Positions 14,592-23,869 of a stretch of 28,203 nucleotides of DNA are shown here, one piece after another. Under the pieces are notes generated by a model. It searched no databases, had not been told where the DNA came from, and was given only the letters and a program-made list of their open reading frames with translations. The DNA is from Allobaculum fili. Its GTDB lineage: Bacteria; Bacillota_I; Bacilli_A; Erysipelotrichales; Erysipelotrichaceae. The first letter of the stretch is position 1. Each line of letters opens with the position of its first letter. The stretch covers positions 1-28,203 of the forward strand of contig NZ_JAHDSX010000032.1 in NCBI RefSeq assembly GCF_020969955.1. Reading direction: 5' to 3'. Position numbers and translations under genes: made by a program.

Positions 14592-15584
14592 ATGACCAGC
14601 CAGAATTCCGGCTTTTCTTCGATGAGGATTCTTCAGAACATCCGTATTTCAATGATTGTCAGAAAGGAAGAAAGCAGAAAATTTATGACCGCAAATCCGA
14701 ATACTCCCCTTACTAATTCCGTTTCCAAAGAAAAAATCGATCTGAGCAAGAAGCCGTTTCTTACCAGCCCGGAACAGAAAGCGATCGTCTTTCTGGATCT
14801 GGACGGAACGCTCTGGATGCATGAAATCATTCCCGATTCCGCATTAAAAGCAATTCGCGAAGCCAGAGAAAACGGTCATCTGATTTTCGTCAATACCGGC
14901 CGCAGCAAAGACGGTGCGATTCAGTCCATTCAGTCTGTGCCGACCAGCGGTCAGGTCTATTCCGCCGGTACAGAAATCTGGATGGATGGAAAGCGAATTT
15001 TCTACAGTCCCATGCCTTCCCATAAGGCAAAGGCGCTTTTTGATCGCCTGCAGACAACGGGCTGCGGTATCATGATTGAAGGATCTGATTCCAGTTTTTC
15101 GGACCAGATCACCAGAGACTATCTCCAGCAGCTCGCTGCCAGACAAGGCATTTCCAGCCGGTATCTTCACGTCCCGTTTTACGAGGATATGCGCGATGAA
15201 GACTGGGAAAACGTCATGAAGATTTCCGTTCATGGTCTTAAACCTGGCGAGATTGATTCCTTCCTGCAGGAAAACGGTATGGTTCTGACGCTTTTCAGCA
15301 ATCTGGATTTTAAGGATCTGCTCTCTGGTGAAATTACTATGAAAGATTTGAACAAAGGCACCGCGTTTCAGTCCATTCAGGACGCTTTGTATAAACAGTT
15401 CACTACGATCGCGATTGGCGATTCCGCAAATGATCTTCCGATGTTTGAAGCTGCGGATCTGGCCATTGCAATGGGTAACGGGACACAGGAAGCCAAGGCT
15501 GCGGCCAGCTGGATTACCGATACGATCGATAACGACGGCTTATACAAAGCGTTTGAAGCGGCTGGCCTGATCAAATCCAGATAA
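14592..15584 (+). CDS. Cof-type HAD-IIB family hydrolase (phosphatase)
   Basis: Motif I is FLDLDGTL, motif II is VNTGR, and motif IV is GDSANDLPMF. ATG 14592 has a good RBS (GAAGGAAG). An alternative ATG at 14685 would remove a 31-aa extension. Confidence 0.8.
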   Translation: MTSQNSGFSSMRILQNIRISMIVRKEESRKFMTANPNTPLTNSVSKEKIDLSKKPFLTSPEQKAIVFLDLDGTLWMHEIIPDSALKAIREARENGHLIFVNTGRSKDGAIQSIQSVPTSGQVYSAGTEIWMDGKRIFYSPMPSHKAKALFDRLQTTGCGIMIEGSDSSFSDQITRDYLQQLAARQGISSRYLHVPFYEDMRDEDWENVMKISVHGLKPGEIDSFLQENGMVLTLFSNLDFKDLLSGEITMKDLNKGTAFQSIQDALYKQFTTIAIGDSANDLPMFEAADLAIAMGNGTQEAKAAASWITDTIDNDGLYKAFEAAGLIKSR

Positions 15585-15770
15585 TTCCATAATTCTTCCA
15601 TTCCGCTTCCATCTGATCCGGGCGATATTGGTCAGATGCGCGTGTCTGAATGCCGGATTAATTTCCTTTTTCTTCACCTTGCTTTCCGTTTCACCCCGCA
15701 TTACGCTTTTATCAAAGACGGAATGGAACCGCTTCAAACGAATACGTTTAAGAAAAGGAAATTGTAGTTT

Positions 15771-16454
15771 ATGAAAGAAAACAGTGACAGCGTTTCTTCT
15801 TCGAAGAAACAGCTCGATGTACCACCTGCCCCTCCTGCAGCTGCAGAGCCAAAGACGGAAGCAGCGGAAAAAGAAACGTCCAGCATTCCCGCTGGCTATG
15901 AAGAAATCGGCCGTACCGATTTCAAGGACCAAAGGCTGATGCTCTGGATCAATATCATTGGTTCAATTCCGCCTGCTGCCGGCTTTCTCTGGTACATCAT
16001 TTATTTCTTTAAGAACGATCTGCCTTATGCACAGTTCAACAGAGATTTTTTCTGGTACTGCCTCATTTACGTCGTCTACATCGTTCTCCACGAGCTGACA
16101 CACGGAATCGTGTATTCCTTAGCCACACGCAGGAAACTCTGCTTTGGCTTTAATGGAATGATCGCCTGGTGCGGCGTTCCCAATGTCTATGTCAATCGAG
16201 CCACTGCTCTGACCGCTCTGCTCGCTCCGTTTGTGGTCTTTGACATTGTCTTTGGAATCCTGTGCTATCACCCGATCGTTGCCTGGATGCAGCCAGTCTT
16301 TGTGCTTCTGCTTCTGACCCACATTGGCGGCTGCATTGGCGATCTGTACGATACCTGGCTGATCCTTTTTGACTATCGCCAGAAAGGTCTGCTTATGAAA
16401 GATGACGGTCCTACCCAGATCTTCTACGCGCCAATTGAAGAGGAAAAGCATTAA
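15771..16454 (+). CDS. DUF3267-like integral-membrane putative zincin peptidase
   Basis: It has a Pro/Ala-rich N-terminus and several TM helices. HELTHG lies inside a TM segment (YIVLHELTHGIVY), as in the DUF3267 family. Confidence 0.65.
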   Translation: MKENSDSVSSSKKQLDVPPAPPAAAEPKTEAAEKETSSIPAGYEEIGRTDFKDQRLMLWINIIGSIPPAAGFLWYIIYFFKNDLPYAQFNRDFFWYCLIYVVYIVLHELTHGIVYSLATRRKLCFGFNGMIAWCGVPNVYVNRATALTALLAPFVVFDIVFGILCYHPIVAWMQPVFVLLLLTHIGGCIGDLYDTWLILFDYRQKGLLMKDDGPTQIFYAPIEEEKH

Positions 16455-16527
16455 GGCGGCTTGATAAAAGGCATGGTATGAATTTACGTACCCGCCAATC
16501 AAACACCGTGAACCAAAAAAACAAGAA

Positions 16528-16590
16528 CGAGGTTCGGATTTTTCCATTCCGAAATGGTCTGGAGGGAAATCCGAACCTCGTTTTGATTTC
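16528..16590 (+). terminator. Terminator-like long hairpin after the DUF3267 gene
   Basis: CGAGGTTCGGATTT (16528-16541) pairs with AAATCCGAACCTCG (16567-16580). It is followed by TTTTGATTTC. Confidence 0.5.
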
Positions 16591-16614
16591 TGTCGCAGTT
16601 CATGCGCAGCAGAT

Positions 16615-16658
16615 AAAAAAAGAGCCCGTTTCCGAAGAAACAGACTCTCCTTTTTTTT
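16615..16658. terminator. Bidirectional rho-independent terminator between convergent genes
   Basis: A7, then AGAGCCCGTTTC-cgaa-GAAACAGACTCT, then CC-T8. On the minus strand the stem is followed directly by T7, so it serves the giant gene ending at 16798. Confidence 0.7.
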
Positions 16659-16797
16659 GAAAGAATGAAGATTTGCGTAAATCCGATTTACCAGGACGGA
16701 TCCGTCAGATTGTTTGAATTCAGCAGGAACTCGCGTTTCTGCTCATCCTCTTCGATCAGATCGGCAGACGCCCTGACATTCTTTTCTTTGAAACCGT

Positions 16798-19700
16798 TTA
16801 TTTGGAAGATTTCAGTGTATCCAGCGTGTCTTTGGATGGCGCTTTGCGCAGTTTCAGCATTGCGTCATTCAGAGCTTTTGCGGGATCATCGAGCCCCTTC
16901 TGTGTTGTGGCAGACGATTTTGCGCTGTCTGCTTCTGTCTTCTTCTCTGCGAAAGTTGTTTTGGCGCTTTCGTTATGGAAGCTGGTCAGAGCGTTGAGGA
17001 TGGATGCGGCTTTATCCGTCGCCATCGTGATCAGCGTTTTGTCGAGCTGCTCTTCCGGATTTGCATCTACCCATTTGGCATGGAGTTCATGATTTGCAGT
17101 AACCGGAGCATCCAGATCAAACTTCTGTGTATAGTTCTCGTCTGTATACCAGCCTTCGAGAACTTTTCCTTCAGGTGCAGTAACGGTCGGGATAGTGACT
17201 TTTTCGTTATAGCGTACAGGTCGTGCCACAGTCGTATTCGGATCACCCGTATTGAACTTGATCGTATAAATGTTCGACCATTTCGCATAAAGCGTCAGAT
17301 CAGAATTTACAGGACCTGGTACGTAGCGGTCCCAGCAGGAAGCATCCGTAAACCAGCCGACCAGACGGTATCCTTCGGTTGGATGCGTGGCGTTCGCAGG
17401 CGGAGTATACGTGTCGCCTTTCTTAATCTGGACAGGATCGATTGGATTACCCTTTCCGGTATTGAAGGTGACAGTGATTTTTTCCTCATCTACCCATTTG
17501 GCATGGAGTTCATGATCTGCAGTAACCGGAGCATCCAGGTCAAATTTCTGCGTGTATTCCTTGTCGGTATACCAGCCTTCGAGAACTTTTCCTTCAGGTG
17601 CAGTAACGGTCGGTACAGTGACTTTTTCGTTATAGCGTACAGGTCGTGCGACAGTCGTATCCGGAGCACCCGTATTGAACTTGATCGTATAAATATTTGA
17701 CCATTTCGCATAAAGCGTCAGATCAGAATTTACAGGACCTGGTACGTAGCGGTCCCAGCAGGAAGCATCCGTAAACCAGCCGACCAGACGGTATCCTTCG
17801 GTTGGATGCGTTGCGTTTGCAGGAGGAGTATACGTTTCGCCTTTTTTAATCTGGACAGAATCAATTGGATTGCCCTTTCCGGTATTGAAGGTAATGGTTA
17901 CTTTCTCTTCAACAGGAGCTTCCCACTTCGCGTAGAGGGTCGTGCTTTCCGTGATCTTATCGGAAGCGAAGTTGAAAGTCTGTGTGAGTGCTTCGTCCTT
18001 AAACCAGCCTGCGAACGTATAGCCGTTCTTTGTGGGCGCGGTCGGCGCTTCAATCGTCGTGTGGTAATTGGCTGAAACAGCAGCAACATCCGATCCGCCA
18101 TTCGATTCGAAGGTGACCGTATACGAGTTGATCGTCCAATGCGCAGTCAGTGTGAGATCTGCAGTAATTAGCGTATTGAAATCGAATGCGGTATCAGAAC
18201 CAGCCGCAAACCAGCCTGTAAAGGTGTAACCAGTCTTTGTTGGAGCGGTCGGCGCTGTGATCTTCGTATTGTACTCTGCTTTCACCGTTGTCGCTTCAGA
18301 ACCGTTATCCGCATTCATCGTCACGGTATAGGTGTTAATCGTCCAATGGGCTGTCAGCGTGAGATCCGCAGTAATTGGCGTATTGAAATCAAACGCGGTT
18401 TCGGAATCCTCCGCAAACCATCCAGCAAAGGTGCAGCCAGTCTTTGTCGGTTCGGTCGGAGCAGTGATCTTTGTGTTGTAGTCTGCTTTAACGGTTGTCG
18501 CTTCAGAACCGTTATCCGCATTCATCGTCACCGTGTAGCTGTTAATCGTCCAGCGTGCCGTCAGCGTAACACTCGTGTCGATTTTCGTTGTGAAATCAAA
18601 GGCCGTGTCCGCTTCTGGAGCATACCATCCGTCGAAGGTATAGCCAGTCTTTTCTGGATCAGCAGGTTTATCGACAGGAGTTCCTGGATCAATAGTTTGA
18701 GAGGTTGCCGTACCGTCTACATCGAATGTCACGGTAACTTTCTCAACCAGTCCTTCAACAGCCGTATCTAACGCTGCCTTAGCTGCATCCACGCTGTTGT
18801 CTCCCGTCTGATAAGCGGCTGGATTTGCAGCAGCAGCTTCCGCTTTTGCGAGTGCGTCCTGCATAGCCTTCCAGGAAGCGGCAGTGTAAGCATCTTCAGA
18901 TTTTGCTTTTGCTGCTTCAATCGAGGCATTCAAATCCGTCTTATCACTTGGCGAGAAGAATTTTACTTCTGCCACGGTTGCCGTCGTGTTCACAGGCTGA
19001 GACTTTCCTCCAGTGGCTTTAATCACCAGATTGACGTAACGAGCGTGAACTGGGGTGAAGTACATGTTGCGGTACTGGTCGCGCGTTTCATTGCTGAAAT
19101 ACGCCTCATTGCCATCGACTGCATGGTCAAACGCATAGGTACCTACGCATGTCATTTCTTCCTCAGATTCTCCCGCATATACTTCAACATTAAACAGGTC
19201 TCCGTTAATCGGAGAAGTGTACTGTCTGGGCAGGAAGCTGATCGCAAACAGATCTTTCGATTCGCCAAGGTCATAGAACAGGTTTCGATCTTTGGCAACC
19301 AGCTCGCTTGTACTGTCATCCGAGTGGTAATAAGACTGCGGATCATTGTCGAGTGTTTCCTCAATTCTGGAATTGCGGCCTTCTGTAGTCGAATTTTTCG
19401 TACTCTTAGAAGCAATGCCAGATACGCCTGTGATGGCTACACCAGTTGCATCCGTATCCTGAAGCACGTTGAGAACCGCCTGAACTGCAGCATTAATCTG
19501 TTCTACCGTAGAATCCACTGCCTCGTAAACTTCCTGATTGGCGGTAATGGATGTATTGAGAGCCTCATGATCTGCTGCGCTCATCAGATTTCTCTTGAGA
19601 ACATCTGCTGCCAGATCAAGTGCTTTACCAAGCGGCGCTTTATCGGTTGCTACCCACTTTGCGTACAGTGTCGTCTCTTCTTCGACGGTATCTGTACCGA

Positions 19701-22700
19701 ATACAAATTGGGTTTCGAAGGCTTCATCTTTAAACCAGCCTGCAAATTCGAATCCGCTGCGTGTCGGATTTTCTGGAGCCTCAAAAACTTCCCCTTTTGG
19801 AGCATAAACTGGACCCACTGCAGATCCGTCTTTGGAATCAAAGGTAACCTTCACAGCTTCTTTCAGTCCCGCATGGGCCGAATTGAGGGCGCTCAGAGTA
19901 TCACCAACTTCAGCAACAGATGCATCTGCCTTATCCAGGATTGCTTTTGCGCTCGTAAGAGCACTTGTCAATGCCGCAAAAGAAGCATCCGTCCATGCGC
20001 GATCTGCATTACTCAAAAGAGAGTAGTCATCGTAGGCCTTCTGAAGATCCGTTTTATCCGCAACAAAAGTTAAGACGTATTCTTCGTTTGCGTCGATGTC
20101 CGCAAATTCCTTATTCCAGGAAGCGATCGTGCCTGCTTCTGCCGTGATGTTGTTGTCTTCAAGTGCTTTTTCAGCAGCTGCCTGAATCTCCGATGCAGAT
20201 GTGGCTTTCGCATATTCATCGGAAGCAAGGACGTCATTACCATATTTGAACGTGATCGTGTACATCTTCGTCGTCTGCTGCGGGTCGTTAAAGACATCCG
20301 TGATCTGTTCCGGGGTCAAGGCTCTATTAAAAATTCGCAGTTCATCTACCGATCCCTGGAAATCGGATTTTCCAAGATAGTATCCCGGGAAATGAATTTT
20401 CCATCCGGTTCGTTCGTCATCCAGCGTTACGCCCTTCTGTACGCCATCAACATATACTTTCACCTGACCTGCAGTTTCATCATGAACATAGGTAAAATGA
20501 TTCCACGCGTCTTTATTTAAAAAAGGTTCCTGGCTTAAAGAAAGGACGCCTCCACTCTCCGGATTGACACGAATGCCAAACCCAGCTCTTGTTTGACCAA
20601 GGCGCAGAGCAAGCTCTGTGGATTCAGTCTGATCCTGCATAATGGAATACGTTCTCAGATCGGAAGTACTTGTAGAATATTCGAGATCGGATTTGGCCCA
20701 GAAGCTGATGGTCCAGTCAGAATCATCGTCGATGCCGAAAGTATTTTCAAATTTCAGGCCTTTATTGGGATCGATATGGATACTCTGGCCATTTTTGCCT
20801 TCGTCATCATAGCGAATTCCATCTTCCGCAATCGAAACACCATCCCAGTTTCCAACGTGGTCGTTCGGGTTTCCGTTAAACGGGAAATACGCGACCGGAC
20901 TGACAAGAGCAGATTTCCACTGGGCGATAAATGTGGTCGAAGCCATGGCTGTTTGAGGAAGCTCAGCATCCCAGCCGGTAAAGACAAATCCTTCACGGGT
21001 GAAAGAAGGAACTTTGTTTTCCCAGACGGACTGAGCAGAATCTTTTTCCACTTTTACTTTTACTGGAGAAGCATCCTCTTCCGTGGTCTTAAAGGTAAAG
21101 ATAACCGCATCTTTCAGTCCCGCTACAGCAGTTGTCAGCGCTTCTTCAGCGGATTTCACTTCATCCACTGTAGGCAGTTCTTTTTCTGTGATTGCTTTAG
21201 CAGCATCCATGGCCGTTTTGAACGCAGTATAGGATTCATCTGTATAGATATCCGGAATCTGATCATCCGTACCGAGTTTGTTTTCGTTATCGCTTACCAG
21301 TTTTGCCAGATTGGTCGTATCCCCTTTGAACTGGGCTGTAAATTCAAGGCGGCTGCCGGAAAGGACATCTCCGTCCTGAATGCCCCAGCCGATAAATACA
21401 CTGCCCTCAGGTCCAGTCGGGATTTCCGCAGGGATATAGCTGCTAAGCGGGCCGCCTTCTACAGCATTCTCTACTGTATAGAAGATCTCGTTTCCGTTTT
21501 TAAACGTCAGCGTAAACAGACGCTTCAGTTCAGCAGCTTCTCTTTGCAGATTGGTCAAAGCTTCACTTACTGCTTCTTCGGTAGGCAGCGGAGTTTTGAG
21601 TGCCTCTGCGGCAGCTGCAAGCGCGTCGGGGAATCCTTCCCAGGAAGGCGCGCTGTACTGTGCGGACTCGTAATCTTTTACATGATCATAGAACGTATTC
21701 AGAGTGGAACGATCCAGTCCATCGTATTTTCCGGATACAGTAACCCAGGCAATGGTCGGCTCTTTTTCTCCAGTCTTTTTGAATACGAGCGTTCCCGTCT
21801 GGTCAGTATTCAGATCAATTTCATAACGGAAAGCCTGCGCATTCTCTTCGGTGCTGCTGCAGTCGCCAAGTTCGTATTCCGTTCCGTCTTCCAGACGCCA
21901 GTACGCCTTCTGACCGCGCCGGCTGTCCGAATTCCACCAGTATCCATGGGTACCGACCTGAATCGTATGCTTTCCGGCTGGAAGCGTCAGCTTAATCTTT
22001 AAATTCTGGGAATCCTCATTCTTCGTTCCAGCCCACCAGCCATAGTCATATGGACTAAGGGAGGAATTGGATCCAGTAATTCCGTAATCGCCGTCGCTGG
22101 CAGCAGTGCCTGTGGTTTTTTCACCGATGACGCCCCAGGATTTTCCTTCTTCCCATCCCTGATCTGCGGCTTCTGTATTGAGCAGTCCTGGATAGAGTTT
22201 TTTAGCCAGTGTCCAGAGCGGATCATTCTCTGCTGCATTTCCATTGATCAGATATTCAAGATCTGCAGGATACAGCCAGGCTTTCGCAGTAATGGCCCCT
22301 TCTGGAAGACCTTCCGCTGCCTCAACGGTTCCAGTTACATCGATTACCGAAAACGGAATCCGACCGTCAAGATCCGGAATCTGCCAGGTTACGTTTCTTT
22401 CTACTCCGCCAGCTATAACAGACTGCGGAAGCGCTGAAACGTTTCCTTTAAAACCGCAAAGATCCGAAAGGACATAATCAGTACCTTCTCCATACACTTC
22501 AAATTCTGCAATGTTTACATAATCAGCATCGGGGTTCGTTCCTCGTTCATTTTTGTAATATTTGATGTAGCGATAGGATGTAGAAACGCCTTCATTAAAC
22601 GAAGAAGCGCGTACTTGGGTAATTTTGTTCTGAGCGGGGACTTCCGGAATGGTATAAAGATCCGTCCAGGTCTCTTTATCGTTGCTTCCGGCGATCACGC

Positions 22701-23067
22701 CATACTGCGTTCTGGCGGCATAATTATTGTTGCCTGCGTTGGTGCGCGGGCAGTATCCAATACCGGCGATCGTTTTCTCTTCGCCAAGATCGAATACCAT
22801 GTAACTGTTCTTCAGGCCGTCAAAAATGGTGCCCATATCGCCATCGATTGCTTTGTCTGCCCCGTTGCCGCTTCCCCAGGACTCTCCTTCTAAATCCACC
22901 GTGAGGGGCAGTTTGGTAAGATTCGGCACTGCGACAGGAACTTCGGATAGTGCACCTGGATCTGTTTCTTCAATCGCAAAGACCGGCATAAGGGAAGAAG
23001 TAACGCTTCCAAAAGCCATGCATCCGCTGCAGAGAACCTGAAGAAAAATGCGTGAATGTTTTTTCAT
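16798..23067 (-). CDS. Giant secreted multi-domain surface/adhesin-like protein (2089 aa)
   Basis: ATG 23067 is preceded by AAAGGAAAAAC. The signal peptide is MKKHSRIFLQVLCSGCMAFGSVTSSLMPVFA. There are two F5/8-type-C (discoidin)-like domains and a LamG/concanavalin-like domain (..GSVDELRIFNRALTPEQI). Many Listeria-Bacteroides (Flg_new / InlB B-repeat) modules are present (..GYTFAGWF....F.F.....TLYAKW), along with FIVAR-like helical segments. Confidence 0.85.
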   Translation of the reverse strand: MKKHSRIFLQVLCSGCMAFGSVTSSLMPVFAIEETDPGALSEVPVAVPNLTKLPLTVDLEGESWGSGNGADKAIDGDMGTIFDGLKNSYMVFDLGEEKTIAGIGYCPRTNAGNNNYAARTQYGVIAGSNDKETWTDLYTIPEVPAQNKITQVRASSFNEGVSTSYRYIKYYKNERGTNPDADYVNIAEFEVYGEGTDYVLSDLCGFKGNVSALPQSVIAGGVERNVTWQIPDLDGRIPFSVIDVTGTVEAAEGLPEGAITAKAWLYPADLEYLINGNAAENDPLWTLAKKLYPGLLNTEAADQGWEEGKSWGVIGEKTTGTAASDGDYGITGSNSSLSPYDYGWWAGTKNEDSQNLKIKLTLPAGKHTIQVGTHGYWWNSDSRRGQKAYWRLEDGTEYELGDCSSTEENAQAFRYEIDLNTDQTGTLVFKKTGEKEPTIAWVTVSGKYDGLDRSTLNTFYDHVKDYESAQYSAPSWEGFPDALAAAAEALKTPLPTEEAVSEALTNLQREAAELKRLFTLTFKNGNEIFYTVENAVEGGPLSSYIPAEIPTGPEGSVFIGWGIQDGDVLSGSRLEFTAQFKGDTTNLAKLVSDNENKLGTDDQIPDIYTDESYTAFKTAMDAAKAITEKELPTVDEVKSAEEALTTAVAGLKDAVIFTFKTTEEDASPVKVKVEKDSAQSVWENKVPSFTREGFVFTGWDAELPQTAMASTTFIAQWKSALVSPVAYFPFNGNPNDHVGNWDGVSIAEDGIRYDDEGKNGQSIHIDPNKGLKFENTFGIDDDSDWTISFWAKSDLEYSTSTSDLRTYSIMQDQTESTELALRLGQTRAGFGIRVNPESGGVLSLSQEPFLNKDAWNHFTYVHDETAGQVKVYVDGVQKGVTLDDERTGWKIHFPGYYLGKSDFQGSVDELRIFNRALTPEQITDVFNDPQQTTKMYTITFKYGNDVLASDEYAKATSASEIQAAAEKALEDNNITAEAGTIASWNKEFADIDANEEYVLTFVADKTDLQKAYDDYSLLSNADRAWTDASFAALTSALTSAKAILDKADASVAEVGDTLSALNSAHAGLKEAVKVTFDSKDGSAVGPVYAPKGEVFEAPENPTRSGFEFAGWFKDEAFETQFVFGTDTVEEETTLYAKWVATDKAPLGKALDLAADVLKRNLMSAADHEALNTSITANQEVYEAVDSTVEQINAAVQAVLNVLQDTDATGVAITGVSGIASKSTKNSTTEGRNSRIEETLDNDPQSYYHSDDSTSELVAKDRNLFYDLGESKDLFAISFLPRQYTSPINGDLFNVEVYAGESEEEMTCVGTYAFDHAVDGNEAYFSNETRDQYRNMYFTPVHARYVNLVIKATGGKSQPVNTTATVAEVKFFSPSDKTDLNASIEAAKAKSEDAYTAASWKAMQDALAKAEAAAANPAAYQTGDNSVDAAKAALDTAVEGLVEKVTVTFDVDGTATSQTIDPGTPVDKPADPEKTGYTFDGWYAPEADTAFDFTTKIDTSVTLTARWTINSYTVTMNADNGSEATTVKADYNTKITAPTEPTKTGCTFAGWFAEDSETAFDFNTPITADLTLTAHWTINTYTVTMNADNGSEATTVKAEYNTKITAPTAPTKTGYTFTGWFAAGSDTAFDFNTLITADLTLTAHWTINSYTVTFESNGGSDVAAVSANYHTTIEAPTAPTKNGYTFAGWFKDEALTQTFNFASDKITESTTLYAKWEAPVEEKVTITFNTGKGNPIDSVQIKKGETYTPPANATHPTEGYRLVGWFTDASCWDRYVPGPVNSDLTLYAKWSNIYTIKFNTGAPDTTVARPVRYNEKVTVPTVTAPEGKVLEGWYTDKEYTQKFDLDAPVTADHELHAKWVDEEKITVTFNTGKGNPIDPVQIKKGDTYTPPANATHPTEGYRLVGWFTDASCWDRYVPGPVNSDLTLYAKWSNIYTIKFNTGDPNTTVARPVRYNEKVTIPTVTAPEGKVLEGWYTDENYTQKFDLDAPVTANHELHAKWVDANPEEQLDKTLITMATDKAASILNALTSFHNESAKTTFAEKKTEADSAKSSATTQKGLDDPAKALNDAMLKLRKAPSKDTLDTLKSSK
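17065..17910 (-). repeat. Near-identical 423-bp (141-aa) tandem duplication inside the giant gene
   Basis: The unit starting ATCTACCCATTTGGCATGGAGTTCATGAT occurs at 17065 and again at 17488. The two protein copies differ at only ~8 of 141 residues. Confidence 0.9.
18127..18540 (-). repeat. Two highly similar 207-bp (69-aa) tandem units within a longer array of Flg_new-type modules
   Basis: Unit boundaries (GTTGATCGTCCAATG / GTTAATCGTCCAATG / GTTAATCGTCCAGCG) fall at 18127, 18334 and 18541. The protein units are WTINSYTVTMNADNGSEATTVKADYNTKITAPT.. and WTINTYTVTMNADNGSEATTVKAEYNTKITAPT... Confidence 0.85.
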
Positions 23068-23360
23068 GTTTTTCCTTTCTATATAGAGCCTTTTTTTCTC
23101 TTTTGAATCAGTCTTCTTAGTTGGAAACTGCCCGGAGTTCGCCAGTCTGTCACGAGTGACAATGGAATAGAAGAAGACCGATTCGGCCGCAAAAAGCACA
23201 ACTTATCCTTCGCCTTGCCCTGCGCAGGATGAAATGGCTTCTAGATTCTTTGCGGCGATTCTCCTTTTCAGGAGTCAGGAACTGATCCAGATCCGAAAAG
23301 CTTGCCCGGATTTCGGAACAGGACCAGCTGTAATCACGAAAAAGTAATCACTAGTGTAAT

Positions 23361-23374
23361 TGTAATCGTTTACA
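23361..23374. promoter_or_regulatory. Catabolite-responsive element (cre, CcpA box) candidate
   Basis: TGTAATCGTTTACA fits the consensus TGWAANCGNTNWCA at every constrained position. It lies in the divergent intergenic region, 294 nt upstream of the giant gene ATG. Confidence 0.45.
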
Positions 23375-23519
23375 TATCTCGATTGTTTAAATTCTCAAAA
23401 TTACTAATTTTTGATAATCCGATCTCAAATATGCTAATGCCGCATTTTGCATACAGCGATTCATTCCTTCCCTCAAACCGATTTCGTTCTGGCCGGAGAG
23501 TGGATAACTGACCCCCATG

Positions 23520-23568
23520 GAAAAGCGCCTCTTTATCTTTACGAGATAAGGAGGCGCTTTTCTGGCGA
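23520..23568. terminator. Strong 19-bp-stem hairpin with flanking A/T runs (orphan terminator, attenuator or sRNA 3' end)
   Basis: GAAAAGCGCCTCTTTATCT (23520-23538) pairs with AGATAAGGAGGCGCTTTTC (23544-23562), with one G-U pair and the loop TTACG. The core GCGCCTC/GAGGCGC is followed by TTTTCT. Confidence 0.55.
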
Positions 23569-23869
23569 AATCTGCTTCGTTTTTAACTCAGGACGGTTCA
23601 TCAAAATTCCATCGTCCGCGACAGCTGAAATGCAGGATTGTTCTTGTTTTCCAACGGGGAGATCGGAAAAATCAATAGATACTCTATATAGTATTTCTAT
23701 ATAGGTTCGAGTTCTTTCAAAAGAAAAAGATCGATACCACAAAAGAGCAGCGGCCGTATCGGTTGATTTCCTTAACAGAAAATTAAATGTCAGATCTTGC
23801 TGGACGTATGCCATGGAATTTCCACATTTTTCCTGTACTCTATCTAAGAATTCATGAAAGGAGCGAATA

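Noticed and set aside
16478-16660. 60-aa plus-strand ORF between convergent genes
   Set aside because: It consists of the two terminator hairpins and their A/T tracts, and it has no RBS.
19045-22002. Two long plus-strand ORFs (342 and 469 aa)
   Set aside because: Both are antisense to the giant repeat-protein gene. Long open antisense frames are expected in repeat-rich, stop-poor coding DNA.
23302-23814. ORFs of 69, 85 and 91 aa in the giant-gene/ABC intergenic region
   Set aside because: None has an RBS. Their compositions look non-coding, and they run through the cre box and the strong hairpin.
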